Program-made: the position numbers and the translations under genes | Shown: in pieces, positions 15,896 to 24,593 of the stretch | Numbering within the stretch: position 1 is the stretch's first letter | Layout of the letters: each line of letters opens with the position of its first letter | The notes under the pieces: model-generated | Told to the model about the DNA's origin: nothing | The model's database searches: none | What the model saw: only the letters and a program-made list of their open reading frames with translations | Source: Chlamydiota bacterium | GTDB taxonomy: Bacteria; Auribacterota; JACPWU01 | DNA: 27,174 nt | Assembly: GCA_016196885.1 (NCBI GenBank) | Contig: JACPWU010000057.1 | Location: forward strand, 1-27,174 | Reading direction: 5' to 3'

Positions 15896-15924
15896 TTGAA
15901 AAGCGAGCTTTCAAATGTTATATT
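15896..15924 (+). promoter_or_regulatory. Candidate extended -10 sigma70-type promoter of the large surface-protein gene
   Basis: TTGAAA (15896-15901), a 17-nt spacer ending in TGT, then TATATT (15919-15924). It lies ~130 nt upstream of ATG 16058. Confidence 0.5.
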
Positions 15925-16057
15925 GAGGAAGGAATATAAGTACATCTCTGAACGGTACTTGTTGAAGAGATGCCCAGTTTTGAAAGTAATTAATGAACTG
16001 ACTTGTAAGAAAGGATCCGTGTTAGAAAATGACAGAGAGGGGGAGAGGTCGTGAATC

Positions 16058-19000
16058 ATGCAGACATCTCACATCCCCAGCCATTCCATAAAAAACCTCT
16101 GTGTATTTGTATGCCTTATTTTTTCCTTCCTTTTTATCAGTCTTTCTTGTTTAGAGGCGGCTACCCTCACCTGGGATGGAGAGGGCTCTACCACTGAATG
16201 GAGCGATTGTTCAAATTGGTCTAGCAACACATGCCCGGGTGCAAGTGATATCGCTACGTTTGATTCAACCTCGACAAAGAATTCTACCCTTGACGGAAAT
16301 TTTGGAGGTTCTGTGGCCGGAGTCAATATCGGCTCAGGTTACACGGGAACGATTACGCAAGCACATTTTCTGATTGTAGGTTCCAGCAATTACGTTCAAA
16401 GCGGCGGAACTTTCACAGGGGTCACCAACTATAATATCACCATCAATGGAGATTTTACTGTTACAGGAGGGACCTTTGGTGCGACTCCCAGTACGATGAC
16501 AGTCTCAGGAAATTTTACGCAGACCGCAGGAACCTTTAATGCCCAAACGGGAAAGGTCGTTTTGAATGGGACGAGTTCTGTAACGGTTGATGTGAATACA
16601 ACCGAAACCTTTTATGAATTAGAAATTAATAAAACCTCCAGCACGGATGCAGATGACAATGTGACGCTAACAGGAACGGATAGCTTGATTGTCACAAGCA
16701 AACTCACTTTGACAGATGGTCAAGTATATGGGGGAGACAGCACGGCCGCCCTGGATGCTCAGGGAGATGTGACTGTCGGTTCTTCATACAGTGGAGGGAC
16801 GAGCGCCCTTAACTTTTCGGGAGGCAATTCGCAATCCTTTGATCTTACGGGAGGCACGAACCGATTTGATTCAACGGTGACAATCAATAAAACAGCAGGT
16901 TCGACCGTGACCCTTGCTTCCGATCTCATTCTGGATAATACGGGGCAGGATTTGACCTTGTCGCAAGGAACACTCAATATTTCAACAAAGAATCTGACGG
17001 TTCTTGACGACTTCACCTTCACGGGAGGGGCCTTCACCAATGGAGGATCGAATTCGATTTCCATTGGGGATTTTGCCATGACGGGCAGTAGCAGCATCAG
17101 TTTCAGTGGCCAGAATTCTTCGATGACCCTCACTTCGAGTTTCACCTTAGCAAATGCGAATGCTACCTTTACTTCTACGAGCGGGACCCTGACCCTCACG
17201 GGAGATTTCACAAATTCGTCTGGAACATTTACCCATAACAGTGGGACTGTCACTTTAGATGGAACGAATCAAACCCTTTCAGGGGCGACGACCTTTTACA
17301 ATCTGACGAAAACACCTTCCACGGCTGCAACCCTGACTCTTCCTGCAAGTACGACTGTCACGATTGCAGGTACGACCACGTTGAAAGGGGCATCTGGGGG
17401 AGCCTTACTCTCCTTGAGAAGCAGTACGTCAGGGACGCAGACGAAAATCAATCCTCAAGGGACTCGGAGCCTTCAGTATTTGGATGTGAAAGACAACAAC
17501 AACACGAATTCCACAGTGATGTCCTGTACCACGGGCTGCACGGACAATGGGAACAATACGAACTGGGAGTTTGGTCCCACCGTTCAGTTTGCCTCTACCT
17601 CCTCCAGTGGTTCTGAGAGTTCTACCTCCGTGAGTCTGTCTGTCAGCCTCTCCAGTTCTAGCAGTTCGGATGTGACCGTGAACTATGCTGTAGGCTCAGG
17701 GACGGCCACCAGTGGAGGAACAGACTTCACGTTGAGCGATGGGACGCTCACCATTACAGCTGGCAGTGTCAGCGGAAGTATTTCCATCACGGTTGTGAAT
17801 GACACCTTGGATGAAAATGATGAAACAATCATTGTCACTCTTTCCAGCTCCACGAATGCCACTTTAGGGACGAACACCACCCACACTTATACCATCACGG
17901 ATAATGATGATCCTCCTTCCGTGAGTTTCACGAGCTCCAGTCAGAGTGGGGCTGAGAGTGTTGGAACGATGACAGTGACAGCACAGCTTTCTACGGCTTC
18001 GGGGCTGGCCGTGAGTGTGCCTTATACCATCACAGGTACTGCAACAGGAAGTGGGACCGATTATACCATTACCTCTAGCCCTGTGAGCATCTCTGCAGGT
18101 TCTACCACAGCGACCGTGACCATTACCGTGGTGAGTGATGCCCTTGATGAAGCCAATGAAACAGTCATCCTCACCATGGGATCTCCCACGAATGCCTCTC
18201 AAGGGAGTACCACCACACATACGGCGACGATTACAGATGATGATTCTTCAACCATTACCTATACCTGTGACAACACGTGCTCCATTTATGTGGATGGGAC
18301 GCTCATTGTAACAGATACAAATTGGAGGACGGCGGACAGCTACAGCATGGATCTAACCATAGGAACAGGCTCAGATGATGGAAGCCTCATTGCGGCAAAA
18401 GTGGATGACACAAGCTGGGTGGGAGGTTTTGCCTGCCGAATTGATGCGGGCGGAAGTCGAACTCAAGGATCAGACTTTGTGTGGAAGGTGTTGGCGATTG
18501 ATGACAACAATCCGCCTTCGAACTGGAATCAAACCAGTTACAGTGACTCTAGCTGGTCGGGGGCTACTGAAAAAGCCATTGTCGGTCAAGGCCGATGGGG
18601 TTCGATGAGTTCATTCAGCAATTCTGACAGCAAGGCCAAGTGGATTTGGAGCAGCAAATGGTACAAGAACGATCATGTCCTCTTTCGAGCGAGAGTGAAT
18701 CCCTCCACAAATGGTCTCATCATAGTGGGTGCGGACAACCGGTGTGAAGTCTATCAAAATGGGACTCGAATGGGAGCAGGAACAGATTGGTCGCAGCCTA
18801 TCTTCATCCCCGCGGTCATTCAAACCGGGGATGTGATAGCAGTGCATGCAACAGATGAAGGAGGGATCGCAAGCCTGATCAGTGAAATCACATGGGAAGA
18901 GAATGGGACGAGGAGAACCGTGGTGAGCGATGGGACATGGAGGCTCTCGACAGAGAACGTCTCAGGGTGGGAGAGTAGCTCCTACACGGATACCTCATGG

Positions 19001-20029
19001 GGGACAGCCCATGTGACGAGTAGCCTAGGAAGCGGGCCGTGGGGAACGACTGGGACATTAGAAGAGCTATCGAGGGATGCGAAATGGATCTGGGATAGCA
19101 ATACAGAAGGGACCAATGAGGTCTGGGTGAGAAAGAGCATTTCTGCAAGCCCGAATGCGACCCTAACATATAGCTGTGACAACAGTGCAGAAGTCTATGT
19201 AAATGGGGTCTTGATGAGTAGCCTCAGTGAATGGGGGACGCCCCAAAGCACCTCCCTAAATCTATCGAATGGAGACGTCATCGCCGTCAAGGGGATGGAT
19301 GCAGGGGGGATCGCAGGATTCATAGGATCCATATCCTACAACGGGTCAACCCTCCTGACGAACTCGACCTGGAAAGTCTCGAAGGGGACCTACAGTGACT
19401 TATCGTGGGCCCAGAAGACATATGATGATAGTGGTTGGGGTTATGCTGTAGATCATGGGGGAAATGGAATCAGCCCCTGGGGGAATCTGACAGCAATCAG
19501 CTCAGATGCCCATTGGATATGGACAGGGGACAACAACAGTGATGACACCGTTTACTTTAGATTCACGATAGGGAACAGCAACACACCTGTAGGACAGACG
19601 ACCCTATACGCAAGTGCCGATAACAGCTTCAAGCTCTATAAGAACGGGGTCTTGATTGCCAGCGGGAGTGAATGGTCTCAGCCACAGAGTGTGATCACAC
19701 CATTATCGTCAGGGGATATCTTGGCCATAGAGGCAGATGATCTTGGGTATAAGGCAGGGATGCTCTTTTATTCGACAGGGACCTACTCTATGGTATCAGA
19801 CACGTCATGGAAGATGAGTACCGTAGAACAGGCCAATTGGAATACCTCCACATTTGATGATTCATCGTGGGAGGGTGCGACAGATTACGGGGCGTATGGG
19901 GTGAGCCCTTGGGAGAACCATATCTCGGGATGGCCTTCGACGTCTAGCCATTGGATCTGGTCCCGCAACAATGTGACCGGTTCTTCCTCTATCGATTCAA
20001 AGGTGTTCTTTAGAAAAAGGGTGCTGTAA
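16058..20029 (+). CDS. Secreted/surface repeat protein: signal peptide, beta-helix-like region, 2 Calx-beta domains, 4 C-terminal ~150-aa jelly-roll-like modules
   Basis: Signal peptide aa 1-34 (cleavage predicted at CLEA|ATLTW). GxFTxTGGTF-type repeats run through aa ~35-505. Calx-beta signatures (VNYAVGSGTATSGGTDF...DENDET; PYTITGTATGSGTDY...DEANET) lie at aa ~507-729. Four modules span aa 732-1323, each with ADNxxxxYxNG, GDxxAxxxxDxGG, DSSW and WIW. Confidence 0.85.
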   Translation: MQTSHIPSHSIKNLCVFVCLIFSFLFISLSCLEAATLTWDGEGSTTEWSDCSNWSSNTCPGASDIATFDSTSTKNSTLDGNFGGSVAGVNIGSGYTGTITQAHFLIVGSSNYVQSGGTFTGVTNYNITINGDFTVTGGTFGATPSTMTVSGNFTQTAGTFNAQTGKVVLNGTSSVTVDVNTTETFYELEINKTSSTDADDNVTLTGTDSLIVTSKLTLTDGQVYGGDSTAALDAQGDVTVGSSYSGGTSALNFSGGNSQSFDLTGGTNRFDSTVTINKTAGSTVTLASDLILDNTGQDLTLSQGTLNISTKNLTVLDDFTFTGGAFTNGGSNSISIGDFAMTGSSSISFSGQNSSMTLTSSFTLANANATFTSTSGTLTLTGDFTNSSGTFTHNSGTVTLDGTNQTLSGATTFYNLTKTPSTAATLTLPASTTVTIAGTTTLKGASGGALLSLRSSTSGTQTKINPQGTRSLQYLDVKDNNNTNSTVMSCTTGCTDNGNNTNWEFGPTVQFASTSSSGSESSTSVSLSVSLSSSSSSDVTVNYAVGSGTATSGGTDFTLSDGTLTITAGSVSGSISITVVNDTLDENDETIIVTLSSSTNATLGTNTTHTYTITDNDDPPSVSFTSSSQSGAESVGTMTVTAQLSTASGLAVSVPYTITGTATGSGTDYTITSSPVSISAGSTTATVTITVVSDALDEANETVILTMGSPTNASQGSTTTHTATITDDDSSTITYTCDNTCSIYVDGTLIVTDTNWRTADSYSMDLTIGTGSDDGSLIAAKVDDTSWVGGFACRIDAGGSRTQGSDFVWKVLAIDDNNPPSNWNQTSYSDSSWSGATEKAIVGQGRWGSMSSFSNSDSKAKWIWSSKWYKNDHVLFRARVNPSTNGLIIVGADNRCEVYQNGTRMGAGTDWSQPIFIPAVIQTGDVIAVHATDEGGIASLISEITWEENGTRRTVVSDGTWRLSTENVSGWESSSYTDTSWGTAHVTSSLGSGPWGTTGTLEELSRDAKWIWDSNTEGTNEVWVRKSISASPNATLTYSCDNSAEVYVNGVLMSSLSEWGTPQSTSLNLSNGDVIAVKGMDAGGIAGFIGSISYNGSTLLTNSTWKVSKGTYSDLSWAQKTYDDSGWGYAVDHGGNGISPWGNLTAISSDAHWIWTGDNNSDDTVYFRFTIGNSNTPVGQTTLYASADNSFKLYKNGVLIASGSEWSQPQSVITPLSSGDILAIEADDLGYKAGMLFYSTGTYSMVSDTSWKMSTVEQANWNTSTFDDSSWEGATDYGAYGVSPWENHISGWPSTSSHWIWSRNNVTGSSSIDSKVFFRKRVL

Positions 20030-20034
20030 AGACA

Positions 20035-20100
20035 GGCGTGAGTCGTGAGTTTTAAGGGCATTCTTTTTTTGTTCACCACTCACCTATCACCCCTCACGAC
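20035..20100. repeat. Opposed heptamer arrays: (GNCGTGA)x2 ... (TCACNNN)x4
   Basis: The left array reads GGCGTGA GTCGTGA. The right array reads TCACCAC TCACCTA TCACCCC TCACGAC. It lies between two convergent genes. Confidence 0.7.
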
Positions 20101-20118
20101 TGTTTTCTTTGAGGAGAG

Positions 20119-20166
20119 CCTCCCCTCTTTAGTTTAAAGAGGGGTTGGGGGAGTTAATTTCTTTTT
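20119..20166 (+). repeat. Small palindromic element: CCCCTCTTTA-GTT-TAAAGAGGGG plus tail TTGGGGGAGTTAATTTCTTTTT
   Basis: A 10-bp stem. The 20-nt tail GGGGGAGTTAATTTCTTTTT is identical to 21378-21397, which lies inside the next gene. Confidence 0.8.
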
Positions 20167-20173
20167 GATGATT

Positions 20174-22036
20174 TTATTCTTTGTCTGCAGAAGAAGGGGC
20201 ACTTTTTAGTTCTTGAAACAGATTTTTTAAATCTTGAACCAATCCATCCGCAACCACAAAGGTCAATCCTTTTTCCCCAACTCGAATCAGGTGTCCTTGG
20301 CGCTCCCTTGTTTTACTGATTCTCCATTCTATGGAGTTCGTTTCGGGAAGGGTCATAGACAAGACCCATCCGATATCTCCCTCTTTCCAACTTTCAGGAT
20401 TTTCAGATAAATCCAGGGCATGAAGATTTGAAAGTTGGGAAAGGAGAGGACCTATTTTTTGATATTCCATGGTTTGGTTTTTACCCTCGAGCGTCCAGAG
20501 AGATTCATTTTCTTCCGTGTGTTTTAGAACGGTTGTATTCTCCCCCTCTTTTAAAGTGAAAGAAGTGACGTCCTTGATTTTAAAATGAGAAAGGGTTAAG
20601 TCAAAAAGAACGCTGATGGACGGAAGAATTTTTTGAAAGCTGTCTCTTGAAACAGTCCAAATCTCTGGGGCTTTGTCGATTTGAATAAAGCGATGACCTG
20701 AGGTGAGAGGGACCTCTTTTCCAAATCGCAGCTTGTGAGACGATCCATCTCTTAATGTGATTTCTGCAGTCGGAGCCAAGTCTGAAAGTCCAAGGGTTTC
20801 TGGTGAGTTTAGGTAAGAGCGGTCTACCCTTTTGACTTGGGAGATGGTGTTTAGCAGGGTCTCGATTGTTTCTGGATAGAGGGGAAGTTTGTCAAAGGGT
20901 GGATGCGCCACCCATTTTTTCTCTTTGAGTTCAAATTCTAAAGTGTGCCTCCCAGTCCGAAGAGAAATTTTTTGAACCTCTTCTTTCTTCCAAGAAGGTG
21001 AGGGAAGTTCTATGAGTTCTGAAAGGGGGATCAAGGTGTTTTCCACTTTCCATAGGGCAATTTTGAAAACGAGATCATGGTCATTCACCTTCATGTAACA
21101 AATACCAGAGCCTTCTGGAGAGGATTCTCCGACATCTAAACGGTTTGTTTTTCCATCTCTGTCTTTGATCCAGCATTGAGCTGCCGGCTTCTCAAGCCCA
21201 TATTTCTTGAAGTTCCCGCGGTCCACGATCCCACTTGCAGTCAGATGAGACAGATTTTCTAAAAGTTTATTCAAACCCTCTTTTTTAAGAGCCATCTCCT
21301 TGGGTTCCAAGAGAACCCATTCTTTGGTTGCAGATAAACTGAAAGGGAGGATCCCCCCTCTTAGGATCAGAGGGGAGGGGGGAGTTAATTTCTTTTTCTC
21401 CAAAATCAATTTTCGATAGGGAAAGATCATTTCAACTCTCTCTATTTTTTCTTGAGAAAGGGTCCAGAGGGCCGTCTCACACCAAGGATCGCTGGAAGGA
21501 TCTGTCTGATCTGAATCTTCGGAAATATTAAATCTAGCGAGAAGAGGATCCTGGGCCAGGAATACATCAGGGTTTCCTTCTTGTCTCACGAAATTTTCAT
21601 TCCGGTTTGGGCCGCGTTTCCCAATGAGAAGATGTTCTTCCATTTTACCTTTCTCGTTCATCAACACGAGATGCAGGGCGTTTTCGTCGTCCAATCCGTA
21701 ATCACCCAAAACGGCTGGGCTTGAAGATCGAAGCTCTCCTTCTAAAGAAGTCAGGGCCGATAAAAGCTCATCCACCTTTTCATGAATGGCAGGGGCATCG
21801 AATTTGCTTTGGACAGTCCATGTCCCATTTTTCTCTTTAAGCCGCACGCCTTTGTCTTCTGATTTTTGACGGAAGCATTTGATTTCTCGAACGGTGTCAG
21901 CAGAAAAATTCTTACCCAGAATCCTTTCATAACGAAGACCGAAAACGGCCACCGGTTGTTTTGATTTTTGGTAGAAATAAAGGACGCTCAAAGAGCCAAA
22001 CGCAAGAATCAAAAAAAGGATTTGCTTGACCTTCAT
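20174..22036 (-). CDS. DUF4340-like membrane-anchored protein, third gene of the GldA/F/G-type ABC operon
   Basis: 620-aa ORF with an N-terminal TM helix (ILFLILAFGSLSVLYF). It starts 1 nt after the GldFG stop. The DUF4340 assignment rests on its position after a GldG-like gene and its general character, not on a computed match. Confidence 0.6.
   Translation of the reverse strand: MKVKQILFLILAFGSLSVLYFYQKSKQPVAVFGLRYERILGKNFSADTVREIKCFRQKSEDKGVRLKEKNGTWTVQSKFDAPAIHEKVDELLSALTSLEGELRSSSPAVLGDYGLDDENALHLVLMNEKGKMEEHLLIGKRGPNRNENFVRQEGNPDVFLAQDPLLARFNISEDSDQTDPSSDPWCETALWTLSQEKIERVEMIFPYRKLILEKKKLTPPSPLILRGGILPFSLSATKEWVLLEPKEMALKKEGLNKLLENLSHLTASGIVDRGNFKKYGLEKPAAQCWIKDRDGKTNRLDVGESSPEGSGICYMKVNDHDLVFKIALWKVENTLIPLSELIELPSPSWKKEEVQKISLRTGRHTLEFELKEKKWVAHPPFDKLPLYPETIETLLNTISQVKRVDRSYLNSPETLGLSDLAPTAEITLRDGSSHKLRFGKEVPLTSGHRFIQIDKAPEIWTVSRDSFQKILPSISVLFDLTLSHFKIKDVTSFTLKEGENTTVLKHTEENESLWTLEGKNQTMEYQKIGPLLSQLSNLHALDLSENPESWKEGDIGWVLSMTLPETNSIEWRISKTRERQGHLIRVGEKGLTFVVADGLVQDLKNLFQELKSAPSSADKE
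21353..21397 (+). repeat. Intragenic copy of the small palindromic element (inside the DUF4340-like CDS)
   Basis: It reads CCCCCCTCT-TAGGATC-AGAGGGG plus AGGGGGGAGTTAATTTCTTTTT. On the minus strand it encodes ...EKKKLTPPSPLILRGGI.... Confidence 0.75.
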
Positions 22037-22037
22037 G

Positions 22038-24593
22038 TTAGGAGAAGTTCCTTCGTAAATATCGTTCTCTCTTGAAGCGGCGTAAACTCAGTCGGCCGAC
22101 TCCTAAGAGAATGAGAAAAAGGGGAATGATCCCTGTTCCTAAAAAGCGGTATAGCATTTTTTGGTTGCCTGAAAGTTTCGGAATTAAACGGGCCATTTTT
22201 TCTTTGGTTCTGAGATGAATCAGTTCATCCCCCAGGGTGAGCGCATCCACACTGTTGATGAAGAAATCGCCGTTGTTGCCATATTCAATCACATGGTCAT
22301 TCCAGATCATGGCGCAGGCAACCATGAAGAGCCGCGCAGGCTGAGCAATGGAAGGAGGAGATGTCTTCTCGTCTTGGGGTGCTGAAGCCGATTTTTCTTC
22401 CACTCCTTTTTCCCATCTCGGTTTTTTCTTGTCTTTGAAGGCGTCTGGAAATGTACCCTCGATTAAAAGGGCCAAAGGTTTGCCGGGTTCAAAGTGATCA
22501 GGCGGCTCAATATCTTCTCTTTTCAATTCCCCCTCGCGAAAAGGGTGCGTCCAACTTTCTTTCCCTGAAGAAAGAAGGGTCGTGGTTTTTAAATGATTCT
22601 TCAAGATTTTTTCCGTGTCCGGGATAAGCACAGTTCCCCATAAATAAAAGAGGGAGCTCAGGCGGTTGGAAATGGAAATATCCGGATTCATGCTGTCCCC
22701 TGTCAGAATCACATGGGTGGGAAGATGGATAGGCATTGCCACTTCAAAGGGTCCGTAGCGTTCCTCTGTTTGAATACTCAGGGTTTCTGATTGACGGTCC
22801 ATGAGAAAATCCGAACTCACTTGAACGCCATATTTTTTAAGAAGGCCGTCAAGGCCGGTATTGATTTTAAGACTGCTGGCATGAGGTCCCTCTTGATCGC
22901 TGGTATAATTTTGCTGATAAGATTGGATGGCCAGAATCACGGATTTTCCGCTTAGAAGGGCATGGTTGAGCTCCCAGATTTCCCGCTTATTCCACCTTTG
23001 GGGATTCACAATCACAACGGTGTTCACATTTTCGGGGATAGACTCGTTTTTTTCAAAATCAATGGGAATGATTTCGTATTCCTCACTTTCTAGAATTTTG
23101 GGAAGATACTTGAAATGATCCTTTTCTTCTGCAGTGGCGATGCCACGCGCCTCAAAAAGCTCTTTTATCTGAGGATCCATGCGGTCTTTGGGAGTTATCA
23201 AGGCAATTCGGGGTTTGGGGTCGCGGGTGAGGTGAAAAATGCGGGAGATGAGTTCATATTCGAGGCTGCCAAAATTTTGTGGGGTGAGTCTTGGGATGGC
23301 CTCAGGTTTTTTCTCTTTATAGGCCAGGGTCATCCCGGAATAAATGCTCACGATCGTACGCTCGTCGGCTTCAATGCTTTGCACTTGAAAGGGAACCACC
23401 CCTTTTTTCATGAGCTCTTCGGACAATTTTTGCGATTCTGTTTCTTCGGCTTTTTCTGCCTCACCGAGCAATTGCTTGGCGGCATCCTCTCCAAGGCGTT
23501 TGGAGAAAAGCTTTCTCATTTCTCGTCTTTGAATGTTGAGGGCGTCCATGGCCTCCACATGATGGACTTGAAATTGTAGATTTCCGTTAGATGCAATTTC
23601 AAACTCCTGAATCTTATCCACCACCTCTTCTTCAAAGGTCTTCATGAGAGAAGGCATTTTTTCAGGGGGGGAAATGTAGAAATCTACTTTCACGGGAACT
23701 TTTAATTGGGAAAGAACCCCTTTGGCTTCAGGTGAGACGGTATAAATTTTTTCCTCTGTTAAATCAAACCGCTCACGGGTGAATCCATCCGCGACCCCAT
23801 TAAAAAAAAGGATGAGACAAGTATATACAAATGTATATACGATCAATTGCCGCTTGGCATGAGGTTTCATACGGCTCTCAAGATAAAAGACATTCAGTCC
23901 CAGAAAAAGGGCTGTCATCGAGAGAAAATAAATCACATCTCGGGCATCCAGGAGGCCGCGCTCCACGCCTTCGAAATGAGGGGTCATCGCGACAAATTTT
24001 AAAATGCGTGTGCCCAGTGCAAGCGTCCCGGTCCATCCGTCCAGTTGGAGAGCTACGAGCGGCATCCCCAAAAGATAGAAGGAGAGACAGGTCATCATGG
24101 AGACGACGAAGGCCAGAATCTGATCCTTACAGAGGCCCGACACAAAAAGTCCCAAACCGATAAAAAAACTCCCGCAGAGAAAAGATCCAAAATAACCTCC
24201 CAGGATTGGGCCCCAGTCGGGTTTCCCTAACAGCTTGAGCATCAGGGGAATCGAAGCCGTGGTGCCCAGCGCAATGGCATAAAAGGCAAGGCTGGCGAAA
24301 AATTTTCCAAGCACCAAGTCACGTGTTTTGAGTGGCAAGGTCAGCAAAAGTTCAAAGGTCCCCTCTTTTCTTTCCTCGGCCCAGAGGCGCATGGTGATCG
24401 CTGGAATAAAAACCACAAGCATGATGGGAAGGCCAGAAAAAAAGGAACGCATTTCAATGCGGCCCGCCAAGAAAAAAGAGAGAAGATAGAGGCTGCTTGT
24501 CACGAGTGAAAAAACAATCAAGAAAATGTAGGCAATAGTGGAATTGAAATAGGCCCCCCATTCTCGGCGAAAAAGGATGAGGATGTTTTTCAT
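22038..24593 (-). CDS. Fusion of an ABC-2 permease (GldF-like, aa ~1-245) and a GldG-like auxiliary ABC component (aa ~250-851)
   Basis: The N-terminus has about six predicted TM helices (not mapped individually) with a typical ABC-2 start (FRREWGAYFNS). A TM helix then precedes RFDLTEEKIYTVSPEAKGVLSQLKVPVKVDFYISP, which is typical of GldG. There is a C-terminal TM anchor. The start overlaps the ATPase stop by 4 nt. Confidence 0.8.
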   Translation of the reverse strand: MKNILILFRREWGAYFNSTIAYIFLIVFSLVTSSLYLLSFFLAGRIEMRSFFSGLPIMLVVFIPAITMRLWAEERKEGTFELLLTLPLKTRDLVLGKFFASLAFYAIALGTTASIPLMLKLLGKPDWGPILGGYFGSFLCGSFFIGLGLFVSGLCKDQILAFVVSMMTCLSFYLLGMPLVALQLDGWTGTLALGTRILKFVAMTPHFEGVERGLLDARDVIYFLSMTALFLGLNVFYLESRMKPHAKRQLIVYTFVYTCLILFFNGVADGFTRERFDLTEEKIYTVSPEAKGVLSQLKVPVKVDFYISPPEKMPSLMKTFEEEVVDKIQEFEIASNGNLQFQVHHVEAMDALNIQRREMRKLFSKRLGEDAAKQLLGEAEKAEETESQKLSEELMKKGVVPFQVQSIEADERTIVSIYSGMTLAYKEKKPEAIPRLTPQNFGSLEYELISRIFHLTRDPKPRIALITPKDRMDPQIKELFEARGIATAEEKDHFKYLPKILESEEYEIIPIDFEKNESIPENVNTVVIVNPQRWNKREIWELNHALLSGKSVILAIQSYQQNYTSDQEGPHASSLKINTGLDGLLKKYGVQVSSDFLMDRQSETLSIQTEERYGPFEVAMPIHLPTHVILTGDSMNPDISISNRLSSLFYLWGTVLIPDTEKILKNHLKTTTLLSSGKESWTHPFREGELKREDIEPPDHFEPGKPLALLIEGTFPDAFKDKKKPRWEKGVEEKSASAPQDEKTSPPSIAQPARLFMVACAMIWNDHVIEYGNNGDFFINSVDALTLGDELIHLRTKEKMARLIPKLSGNQKMLYRFLGTGIIPLFLILLGVGRLSLRRFKRERYLRRNFS

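Noticed and set aside
16058-20029. Large repeat protein as a diversity-generating retroelement target or phase-variable adhesin
   Set aside because: There is no reverse transcriptase, no near-identical template/variable repeat pair, and no homopolymer or short tandem tract inside the CDS that I could see. The modules are diverged at the DNA level.
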